Source: Gemmatimonadota bacterium (GTDB taxonomy: Bacteria > Latescibacterota > UBA2968 > UBA8231). Taken from it: 44,889 bases of DNA. Positions within the stretch are counted from its first letter, which is position 1, and every line of letters starts with the position of its first letter. Shown here in pieces: positions 1 through 8,272 of this stretch. The notes under the pieces are model-generated. The model was given only the letters and a program-made list of their open reading frames with translations, was not told the origin of the DNA and did no database searches. Made by a program: the position numbers and the translations under genes. The stretch is taken from NCBI GenBank assembly GCA_038153405.1, contig JAYOYH010000018.1:45980-90868 (forward strand), written 5' to 3'.

Positions 1-108
1 CCGCCTGGGCGCGGGGTTGGTGTGTGGTGGGCGGGCGGCTGGGTGGGGCCCCCGGGGGGGGGGGGGGGCCGGGGGGGGGGGGGGGGGGCGGCCCCCCCCC
101 CCCCCCCA

Positions 109-494
109 CGGCTCTCGTCGAGGAGGCGTTGCCCATCGGGCTTACCAATCCCGATAATGTGTCCGGCGATCGCGTCCAGATCGTCGAGCACAACCCTCCG
201 GCTGGGCGCATTCGCCTGCAGACGCACAGCGAAGAAGCGCGCCTATTGGTGCTGAGCGAAAACTACCAGTCCAACTGGTCGGTATGGGTCGATGGCAATC
301 CGGCGGAACTGCTGAGGGCAAACTACGTCTGGAAAGGCGTGGCACTGCCGGCCGGCGACCATCAGGTGGAGTTTCGCTACTACTCGGCGACCCTGTTCTG
401 GTCCCGCACGGTGACTCTGCTATGCGGCGCACTGGCCGCGGGCATGGTCGCCAGCGCGTGGTTTGCCCGTCGGAAGCGGGCGCCGCTCCCCTAA
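109..494 (+). CDS. YfhO-family (GT-C fold) membrane protein, C-terminal part, 5'-truncated
   Basis: Translation LLVLSENYQSNWSVWVDGNPAELLRANYVWKGVALPAGDHQVEFRY plus a terminal TM helix and basic tail matches the conserved YfhO C-terminus. Sequence before ~109 is G/C homopolymer, so the start is unreliable. Confidence 0.75.
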
Positions 495-768
495 GCATGC
501 GATGGGTCGCGGTGCTGTCATTTGTATATCGCGCGATGTTATTCATATAAAGGGTTATCAAATAACCACTTATGCTGACTTTTCATTGATGAGAACAGCG
601 TTTGCAGGTTAAGAAATCACATATATTTACGATATCATTTGATACCTACCCGCTTTTTTAGTAGATTGTATGGGTGGGTATTATGTTTGTTTTTCGCATC
701 TGTCTTTGCGCAGATCGCGCAGGTGTTTTTGGTTTCGCATGCGTCTTGGGGAGCGCATTAAAAAATGC

Positions 769-797
769 TTGACACTACAAATCTTTGTTTCTATTAT
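769..797 (+). promoter_or_regulatory. sigma70-type promoter for the surface-protein operon
   Basis: TTGACA (769-774), 17-bp spacer, TATTAT (792-797); A-tract just upstream. Confidence 0.75.
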
Positions 798-1046
798 TAG
801 GCTCCGCTCTCTGCACGGGTGCGGAGAAGCTGTACCTATTTATGTCTATTAGCGAGGATCTAAATTTTGATTTTGCAATTGAATAGAGAAGAGAGAGAAA
901 GGAGGGTTGCGGCGCAGAGGATTAATTCTGTATCTGTGTGTGTGAGTGAAAAATTAGAGGCCCATCTCCTGCGGTGTGCAGGGTTGGGCAAGAAATATTC
1001 ATCGTTTTGTCATTCTTAATGCAGGGAATGTATCCCTGAGGAGGAA

Positions 1047-4000
1047 ATGATGAAGGGTAGCAAATGCTTACTACTTCTCGCCGCTTTTTTGGTGGGATTG
1101 GGCCTGTCGGCGCCTTCAGGTGCCCAGAACACTATTCATAGTGTTGAGGTCGCTTCCCCAGACAACGGCGCTTTTAAGGGTATCGGTCAAACCTTTCAGG
1201 TGAAGGCCAAGATGCTCCAAGTATCGCCCGCAGACAGTCTTGAAGTTATTATGTATCTCGTTGCGGGTAACGACTCAACGGTTGTTGCTGATACGCTCAA
1301 TCAGAGCGTAAACTGGGGCTCGCTGAATCAGTCCACAGTGATTCGTATTGCCAACAACACCCTGAACGATGGGACTGCCACTGGTGGCGCCAGAAGGCTC
1401 ATTGATGGTCAGACCAAAAAGCCAGTCACGAGTTTGGTCGCCGTTCAGCAGAAGTACGGTCGCGCTCGTGCCAGCAACGGCTTAGGTCGTGCAAACAAAT
1501 TGGGCGATGGCGACTCGGTTTCGGTATCGATCGTGAAGGGTCCTTCGGTTGATACCACTATGTTCACGTGGTGGGGTCGGATTGATGCCTCATCTGGTAC
1601 TGTCGCGGGTGTTCACGCCGCCGCTTTCTCAATTTCGGGCACCGATACATCAGCCGTCCAGTTGTCTACACACGCCAACACGGGGGCTCGCAAGGATGTC
1701 AAGTTTACGCTTGATGCAGACCGCCCGGCTGCTCCGGATTCGCTGTTGAAGCGTGCTGTTGTACCGTACAACGCCAACCCTTATACCATGTCCACTGACG
1801 TTCTCACGGGTTGCGTTACCGGGGACAGGATATACAAAAGTGTTACGGTGCAGGGTGACGCCCGTGATGTACTGGGTATTGGCGATTCAATTGTTGTCAG
1901 GACCAAACTGGGCGATGCCAAAGCGAACGGTGTGCTGGTATCTGACACGTTGAACGTTATTTTGGACGTCTTCGGTAAAGAGTTTACTTTCGACAAGGCG
2001 AATCGCCAAGTTGACACGTTGAAAGTAAAGGTCGCGCTGACAGAGGGGCTGTTTGGTGACTTATCAGCTCATGATTATGGCACTAGCAACACAGACACCA
2101 TCGGCGTGTTCTTTGTCGATAAGGCTGGGAACCGTTCGGGCGATCGCGCCACGGCTAGGTTGTCCGCTGATGGTTCAGCTTCGGGCGGCGTCTATCTCGA
2201 CGGTCCTGCGACTGGTATAACGGCTGGCGTAAACTTCCTGATTGATACCAAGGTGCCAGTGTTGGATTCGACGGGTAATGATACACTGCTCCCGACGTCC
2301 AACGATACCATCACGGACGGCTCCATTAACGACACCAAGACGCCGCTTGCATACGTCAACGATATAAATACGTTGGCGTTCAAACTGGAAGAGTCACTGG
2401 ATACGTTGACTGTGGGAATCGGTAATGCTTCGATTCGCGTTGTTAACGCTCCGGCTGGCACGCCCAATCAGCAGAGTGCTATCTTGCCTAGACAAGGCGC
2501 GACTAATCAAATCGACTTCACTCAGTTGGGTGACGCGAGCTCAACCACTAACAGCTTTCAGGTTGCCACTACGGCCGGTGTAACTACCGGTATTGGTGTT
2601 CAGAGCACCGTCTTTTGGCCATCCAGTGACAATGTCAAGAAAATAGCGACGGGGACGTACAGCGTTACTTTTCAAGGAAGAGATCTCGCTGGCAATCAAG
2701 GTCCTGTAGTGACGCGGACCAACGTATATGTTGACGTTGCAGACATTCAGCTGTCGCGTCTGTTCCCGACGAAAGCTGCGTTTGGTTCGGTTACAGCTGC
2801 TCGTGTGGATACGATAGAAGAAGAGACCTCTAAGCTCGTCTTCAGACTTTCTGAAGCGGCCGATAGTGTGCTGATCTCATATTTGGGTCTGGCAGGACCG
2901 GATGCGAATAAGACGCGCACTCGTAAGCTTTCGGGCACGCAGTTGACCAATACGGCGACTGAGCAACTTATCCCTGTGGATAGCTTGAAGACCGGCACAC
3001 AATACCGGTTGACAGTGCTCGCACGTGACTTGGCTGGTAACTTTACCCAAACTGCTCCGGACACCTTCCTCTATGACACGTCGTTCGTCGTGCCTGTGAT
3101 TAAGGCGTTCAGGGTTACTGCGGTGGCTAATCCCGCGTCAGCTTTTGGTACTCTGAAGGCGAATAGAGTAATTGCCGGTTCAGAAGTTACGCTCTCTATT
3201 ACGGCAAAAGCGAGCACCGACCTTGCAAATGGTCGTGACGCTGTTACCTACAAGAAAGCGGCTATCGTCAAGGTGAACGGTGGTTCGGGTGTCCAGCTTC
3301 TGACAAAGAACGCCGCTGGTGCTGCTGTCAGCACTGGTGTGACGGATATGGGCAACGGCCGTTTCCAACTCAATGACCTCGAATGGGTGACGGGAACGCG
3401 CACACTAACCTTCCGTGATACCTCTGCACTTGACACGTTGACTGTCACGATCGTCGACTCGGTGAGTGCTGGTGGTCCGTATGCAGGCAAGTTGGACTCG
3501 TCGATTCTAGTGACGCCTGAAGCATTCCATCACGTTATGCTCACCGCGCCAGACACGGTTGATGCGGGTGTGGAATTCTGGGTGGCCGTCAAGTTGAGCG
3601 ACAAGTTCCACAACACGCGCGTTTTCGACAACCGCTACGTGACGATCTCGGCTAATAAGCTGGGTGTCGAAGTGCCGACGGGTGATCAGTTGATCTCCAA
3701 AGGCATGGGCGGTTTCTGGGCGAGAGCGAACACGCCGGATAGCGGCCTGATGTTCACGGTTAAGGATGCTATCACGACTCAGGCTAACGGGTCGCTAAGC
3801 GGTCAGACGGAAGCCAATGAGGGCAATAACGCCATCCAAGGCATGTCGAAGGCTATTGTAGTCCGTGCTGCCGCCGTTGCGACGCCAGCTAAGCTGGATG
3901 GTCCCAATACGGTGGTTGCTGAAGACTACATGGGTGCCGACGGTAAGGGTGATCAGGGCGGTTTCGTCATGATGACCTGGGATCTGTCGACCGATCATGG

Positions 4001-5777
4001 CCAGGTGGACTCGTATCGCATCTACCGCGAGATCCAAGTTAAGCAGCGTCTGGCAACGGCCGCTGACTCGACGACCGCCGCCGTAGTGGCTTTGGCTACG
4101 CCGGAAGCGGCTATGGTGCCGTGGGCGAGAATCGATGCGGTGCCTGGCCAGACGATTGGTCGCGCTATCGTAGCGACCTTGGACAACGTAGCAACCAAGT
4201 GGGCTGTTGCTGCCGAGCGTGGCAACGAGTCGGCTGGTGCCAAGGCGGTCAACGCTGACGCCATGGATGCCTACGCGATGATGGCACAGACGATGCAGCA
4301 GAGCAAGCAGTTGGCCGCTCAGGCCGACCAGCCGGTCTTTGCCGCGCTGACGCCGGAAGCGCTCTCATTCGCTCAGCAGGGTATCGCTCCGCGTCTGAAG
4401 AGTGTGGATGAAGGCGTCGTGCTTTCGCTGCTGACGGAAACCGCAGACGCAGTGCGTGCTATCGACAACATCGCGCCGGCCGCCGTGCCCTACTTGCGCG
4501 CTCTGGATACTCCGGGCGATGCGGGTAGCAGCATTACGCTGACGTGGACGAAGTCGGGTGATGATCGCCTGCTGCCGCGCAGCGCCTCTAACGCGGTATC
4601 GTTGGGCTCGGTGTCGGATATGGTTGCCGGCGTCAAGGGCTACAACGTCTATCGCAAGGTCGGTGCTACGGGCGAGTTCACGCTGATCGGTAAGGCTGCC
4701 TCCGGCGAAACGTCGTTTGTTGATCAGACGGCTTTCAACGGTGTGCGCTACACCTACTCGGTGGCCCCGTATGACGAAGACAACGTAACGGAATCGGATG
4801 TGGAGCGGACGGCCATGGCCATTCGCAACGCAGTGGTCGACAAAAACGGCAAGGCGGTCTACGGTCTGTTTGGCGCAGACGCTCAGGTCGGTTTTGACGA
4901 CTTCTTTATCTTCGCTGACAACTTCGGCCTGACGGCAGCCGACGAGGCTTTCGAGCCGGCCTTCGACCTGGCGACTGGCGCCGGTGTTCCGAGGGTTGAC
5001 TTCGATGACTTCTTCGTCTTCGCCGACAACTTTGGCCGCGGTATCAATGCCGCCGGTAAAGTGGTTCCGATGTTGGCGGGTCTCAACGCCGATGCGCGTC
5101 TCTACCTCGAGACCGCCGCTGATCTGCCCCGCGTGGGTGAGGAAGTGGTCATCGACGTTGATCTGGCCGACTACGTTGAGTTGAAGGGTTATGGTCTGTC
5201 GGTTGTTTACGACGCCGAAAAGCTGGAGTATGTCCGCACGGTTACCGCGAACGCGCTGCTGGGTGAGGGCGAGTTGGCCACGCCGCGGGCTATTACGCAG
5301 ACAGAAGGTCAGATCGACATCGCTGCCTATGGCGAGACGGTCTCGGAAGGTGCTCTCGGTATGAGCGTAGTCTTCCGCACCAAGACGGAGATTGAGAACT
5401 CCTTCATCGAGGTGACCGATAGCCAGGTGCGCGATGGCAACTTTGCCGTCAACGCCGTGGCTCTGCCGGCTCCGGTGCAGATCCAGACGCGTCCGGAAGC
5501 GTTCGCCTTGGCGAACAACTATCCGAACCCGTTCAACCCGGCCACCACCATCAAGTATGCCTTGCCGGAAGCATCTCAGGTGCGCCTGGAGGTCTTCAAC
5601 GTAGTGGGTCAGGTTGTTCGGACCCTGGTTGATAACCACCAGAACGCGGGCCGCTATGTGGTCCAGTGGGATGCGACCAACGATCAGGGGCACAGCTTGT
5701 CCTCGGGTATTTACTTCTATCGCCTGCAGGCGGGAGGTGAGTTCCTCGAAGTCAAGAAGATGCTCTTGCTCAAATAA
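1047..5777 (+). CDS. Large secreted surface (S-layer-like) protein: signal peptide, Ig-like repeats, two FN3, dockerin-like paired EF-hand, cohesin-like domain, T9SS/FlgD-type C-terminal domain
   Basis: RBS GAGGAGG; signal peptide ending APSGA; DxAGN motifs (DKAGN, DLAGN x2); FDDFFxFADNFG x2; YPNPFNP...SGIYFYRL...KKMLLLK. Confidence 0.8.
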   Translation: MMKGSKCLLLLAAFLVGLGLSAPSGAQNTIHSVEVASPDNGAFKGIGQTFQVKAKMLQVSPADSLEVIMYLVAGNDSTVVADTLNQSVNWGSLNQSTVIRIANNTLNDGTATGGARRLIDGQTKKPVTSLVAVQQKYGRARASNGLGRANKLGDGDSVSVSIVKGPSVDTTMFTWWGRIDASSGTVAGVHAAAFSISGTDTSAVQLSTHANTGARKDVKFTLDADRPAAPDSLLKRAVVPYNANPYTMSTDVLTGCVTGDRIYKSVTVQGDARDVLGIGDSIVVRTKLGDAKANGVLVSDTLNVILDVFGKEFTFDKANRQVDTLKVKVALTEGLFGDLSAHDYGTSNTDTIGVFFVDKAGNRSGDRATARLSADGSASGGVYLDGPATGITAGVNFLIDTKVPVLDSTGNDTLLPTSNDTITDGSINDTKTPLAYVNDINTLAFKLEESLDTLTVGIGNASIRVVNAPAGTPNQQSAILPRQGATNQIDFTQLGDASSTTNSFQVATTAGVTTGIGVQSTVFWPSSDNVKKIATGTYSVTFQGRDLAGNQGPVVTRTNVYVDVADIQLSRLFPTKAAFGSVTAARVDTIEEETSKLVFRLSEAADSVLISYLGLAGPDANKTRTRKLSGTQLTNTATEQLIPVDSLKTGTQYRLTVLARDLAGNFTQTAPDTFLYDTSFVVPVIKAFRVTAVANPASAFGTLKANRVIAGSEVTLSITAKASTDLANGRDAVTYKKAAIVKVNGGSGVQLLTKNAAGAAVSTGVTDMGNGRFQLNDLEWVTGTRTLTFRDTSALDTLTVTIVDSVSAGGPYAGKLDSSILVTPEAFHHVMLTAPDTVDAGVEFWVAVKLSDKFHNTRVFDNRYVTISANKLGVEVPTGDQLISKGMGGFWARANTPDSGLMFTVKDAITTQANGSLSGQTEANEGNNAIQGMSKAIVVRAAAVATPAKLDGPNTVVAEDYMGADGKGDQGGFVMMTWDLSTDHGQVDSYRIYREIQVKQRLATAADSTTAAVVALATPEAAMVPWARIDAVPGQTIGRAIVATLDNVATKWAVAAERGNESAGAKAVNADAMDAYAMMAQTMQQSKQLAAQADQPVFAALTPEALSFAQQGIAPRLKSVDEGVVLSLLTETADAVRAIDNIAPAAVPYLRALDTPGDAGSSITLTWTKSGDDRLLPRSASNAVSLGSVSDMVAGVKGYNVYRKVGATGEFTLIGKAASGETSFVDQTAFNGVRYTYSVAPYDEDNVTESDVERTAMAIRNAVVDKNGKAVYGLFGADAQVGFDDFFIFADNFGLTAADEAFEPAFDLATGAGVPRVDFDDFFVFADNFGRGINAAGKVVPMLAGLNADARLYLETAADLPRVGEEVVIDVDLADYVELKGYGLSVVYDAEKLEYVRTVTANALLGEGELATPRAITQTEGQIDIAAYGETVSEGALGMSVVFRTKTEIENSFIEVTDSQVRDGNFAVNAVALPAPVQIQTRPEAFALANNYPNPFNPATTIKYALPEASQVRLEVFNVVGQVVRTLVDNHQNAGRYVVQWDATNDQGHSLSSGIYFYRLQAGGEFLEVKKMLLLK

Positions 5778-5799
5778 GCAAGACTGCAGCTAAGGGAAG

Positions 5800-5831
5800 T
5801 GGGATGGGATCTCTTAGGGGATCCCATCCCA
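5800..5831 (+). other. Intergenic 12-bp perfect stem-loop without an adjacent U-tract (stabiliser or partial terminator)
   Basis: TGGGATGGGATC (5800-5811) pairs with GATCCCATCCCA (5820-5831). Confidence 0.65.
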
Positions 5832-5889
5832 TATACCTTTGATGGTTTGCGTGTACATGGTGAATACTAACGAAATAGGAGAACCAAAC

Positions 5890-7443
5890 ATGCAGAACAG
5901 CGTGCGCAAGATTCTGACTCTTGCCATCGCCTCCCTGCTCGCGCTTAGTGGCGCTGCCATTGCCGGCAATAACGCAGGCGTCGTTGTCTCTTTGGATAGC
6001 GATGCCGTGGTGTCTGGAGCCGGTGCTGGTACCGCGATTGAAGTTGCTCTTTCGGCTTCGGGAATGGTCGGTGTAAAGCAGTTTGATGTCACCATCACCG
6101 TCTCACCTGCCGGTGCATTTGATTTGTCTGCTACCACGTTTGCACAGAATTCGGCCTTCACGATTTCACCGGGCGTTGAGTTTCCTGCAGACGGACAGGT
6201 CAAGAGCGGAGCGGCGAGCTTTGGCGCTGCTGTAGAGGGCGATGGAGGATTGGGGACCTTTACCCTCAAGACGTCGGACAGCTTTAGTGCAGATACGGAA
6301 GCCACCATCACGGTTACGCGCGTGTCTCTTGGTCCGTCTTCTACGGATCGCGACGTTTTTGAGAGCGATGCGTTGGGCTTGAGCGTTACGGTAAATCCAC
6401 CGGCTCCTCCAGTCATTGAGCCGGCTCTGACGGCCACATCCGATACGGATGTCAGCTTAGATTATTCGGAAGTGGGCTCGGGTGATGTCGATGACGACAG
6501 CGATGGCGAAATTGTTTTTGCCGTCAACTTCGTCGATGGCACGGGTGCTGCTGGTGCTGACCAGACAATCACTTGGGACATTACGAATAACGGTTCTGAG
6601 TCCGTCTTCCTCATCGCCGGTGATGGTGCCATTGAAATCAGTGCGGGTGAGAGCATTACGGTCGAAAGCGCTACGGATGCCGACGGTGATGCAGAGGCTC
6701 TGTTTGATGCAGAGGGCGATCGTGAAGCTGGTACGACGAGCTTGAGCATCATGGTTAGCACCTCGTCGACGAATTCGGACGGCGTCGCTCGCGACCTCTC
6801 TGCCGATTTCAGCGCGACGTGGGATGTGCCGGTTGCAGCCGAATTGGCCAGCTTCACTTCGCAAGTTACGGTTGATGACGATATCCTCCTGCAGTGGGGC
6901 GTTGCTTCGCAGTCCAATAATTTGGGCTGGGAAGTGTTTCGCAGCACGGATAGCCGCATCTTTACCAAGGTTAGCGAATTGGTGCTGGGCGACGGCAACA
7001 GCGACGAGTATAAGTCCTATAGTTTTGTGGACAGCAACTTGCCGCAGACCGACGTGCTCTACTACTATCTGAACCAGATTGATCTGGACGGAACGACCTC
7101 TCGCTCGCAGGTTATCGAGGTATTGCTCTCGCCGACGGCTGTCGCTGAGTTAGCACTGCCGATGGTGAATGCGCTGCGTCAGAACTTTCCCAATCCGTTC
7201 AATCCCGAGACCATGATCAGCTTTGATCTGAGCGGTGATCAGGTCGTCAGCCTGGCGATTTACGATATGACCGGACAGGTCATTCGCACGCTGGTTGACG
7301 CACAGCCGATGACTGCTGGAAATTTCAAGCAGCTGTGGGATGGTCGCAACGATAGCGGAGCTAAGGTTGGTAGCGGAGTGTATTTCTACCAGCTGCGTGC
7401 TGGCGATTTCATCGCTAAGAAGAAGATGACGTTGCTCCAGTAG
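5890..7443 (+). CDS. Secreted acidic protein: N-terminal cohesin-like domain, Pro linker, Ig-like domain, PVEL-type domain, T9SS/FlgD-type CTD
   Basis: Start moved to ATG 5890 (RBS AGGAGA; signal peptide MQNSVRKILTLAIASLLALSGAAIA); VPVAAELASF...LQWGVASQSNNLGWEVFRS; FPNPFNP...SGVYFYQL...KKMTLLQ. Confidence 0.8.
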   Translation: MQNSVRKILTLAIASLLALSGAAIAGNNAGVVVSLDSDAVVSGAGAGTAIEVALSASGMVGVKQFDVTITVSPAGAFDLSATTFAQNSAFTISPGVEFPADGQVKSGAASFGAAVEGDGGLGTFTLKTSDSFSADTEATITVTRVSLGPSSTDRDVFESDALGLSVTVNPPAPPVIEPALTATSDTDVSLDYSEVGSGDVDDDSDGEIVFAVNFVDGTGAAGADQTITWDITNNGSESVFLIAGDGAIEISAGESITVESATDADGDAEALFDAEGDREAGTTSLSIMVSTSSTNSDGVARDLSADFSATWDVPVAAELASFTSQVTVDDDILLQWGVASQSNNLGWEVFRSTDSRIFTKVSELVLGDGNSDEYKSYSFVDSNLPQTDVLYYYLNQIDLDGTTSRSQVIEVLLSPTAVAELALPMVNALRQNFPNPFNPETMISFDLSGDQVVSLAIYDMTGQVIRTLVDAQPMTAGNFKQLWDGRNDSGAKVGSGVYFYQLRAGDFIAKKKMTLLQ

Positions 7444-7466
7444 CATCTGTGAGAAACAGTGTTATT

Positions 7467-7502
7467 AGCCGCTGGATTCTTCGGAATCCAGCGGCTTTTT
7501 TT
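7467..7502 (+). terminator. Intrinsic terminator
   Basis: AGCCGCTGGATTC-TTCG-GAATCCAGCGGCT followed by a T run. Confidence 0.9.
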
Positions 7503-7593
7503 ATGCGCCTTTAGAAGCTGTAGTGGATCGGCTATCGCTTGTTCCCTCTTCAGTGGCCAATTATATTCGTTCTTAGTTAAGGAGACGAAAGGG

Positions 7594-7839
7594 TTGAAAG
7601 TAAAACTGCTTTTCTTTGCCTCGTGTCGCGATATAGTTGGTGAAAAAGAAATGGATTTTGAGGTGTCATCAAATGCGAACTTGGGCGAGCTTAAGCGGAT
7701 ATTAGGTGGGAGCTACCCCCGTTTGGGTGCGATGGGAGGGATCCTGTCTTTAGCGGTGAACGCGGAATATGCAAACGATGCAACCATATTGCAAGACGGG
7801 GATGAGATCGCCTTTATTCCCCCGGTAAGTGGGGGGTAA
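7594..7839 (+). CDS. moaD: Molybdopterin synthase sulfur carrier subunit
   Basis: TTG start at 7594 downstream of AAGGAG; KVKLLFFA...LAVNAEY...GDEIAFIPPVSGG with C-terminal GG; adjacent to moaE. Confidence 0.9.
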   Translation: MKVKLLFFASCRDIVGEKEMDFEVSSNANLGELKRILGGSYPRLGAMGGILSLAVNAEYANDATILQDGDEIAFIPPVSGG

Positions 7840-7842
7840 AAC

Positions 7843-8265
7843 GTGTTTAAAATAACGCAAGATGAAATTCGCGTGGACGATCTCCACCGGGAAGTATTGA
7901 GAGATGCTCACGGCGCAGTAGTGACTTTTGCCGGTGTCGTGCGCGATCATTCCGACGATAAGAAAACTCAGTACTTGGAATACGAGGCCTATACTGAGAT
8001 GGCCGAAAAGAAAATGGCGCAGATTGGCCGCGAAGTCTGCGATAAATGGGGCATTGAAAATATCGCTATTTTACACAGGACGGGCCGCCTTGAGATTGGC
8101 GAGATCAGCGTTTTGATTGCCGTAGCCAGCGGCCATCGACTCGAGGCTATTAGCGCCTGTCACTATGCCATTGATCGCCTAAAGGAGATCGTTCCCATTT
8201 GGAAAAAGGAAGTGGGAGAAGACGGCGAATACTGGGTCGAAGGGCCCGTAGCAGCAAACCCATAA
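7843..8265 (+). CDS. moaE: Molybdopterin synthase catalytic subunit
   Basis: GAVVTFAGVVR, LEYEAY, HRTGRLEIGE, HR, IDRLKEIVPIWKKE motifs. Confidence 0.95.
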   Translation: MFKITQDEIRVDDLHREVLRDAHGAVVTFAGVVRDHSDDKKTQYLEYEAYTEMAEKKMAQIGREVCDKWGIENIAILHRTGRLEIGEISVLIAVASGHRLEAISACHYAIDRLKEIVPIWKKEVGEDGEYWVEGPVAANP

Positions 8266-8272
8266 GCGCGGT

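Noticed and set aside
1..108. Long poly-G and poly-C runs giving Gly/Pro-rich ORF starts; possible G-quadruplex or phase-variation tract
   Set aside because: They lie at the window edge in place of the expected YfhO coding sequence and look like low-quality read-end or consensus artefact.
884..948. GA- and TG-dinucleotide runs in the surface-gene leader as a slippage switch, and a TTG uORF at 907
   Set aside because: The repeats are short and imperfect, and the TTG is only 1 nt from the SD.
4365..5693. 442-aa antisense ORF, plus other shadow ORFs such as 32638-33297, 35051-35740, 36911-37543 and 37461-38090
   Set aside because: They overlap well-supported genes on the opposite strand and lack motifs; this is expected from biased codon usage in GC-rich genes.
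5839..5889. ORF-track upstream starts at 5839, 7459, 18691, 28446, 37598 and 38607
   Set aside because: Other starts (5890, 7594, 18660, 28512, 37622, 38679) have RBSs and family-typical N-termini; 7459 runs through a terminator.
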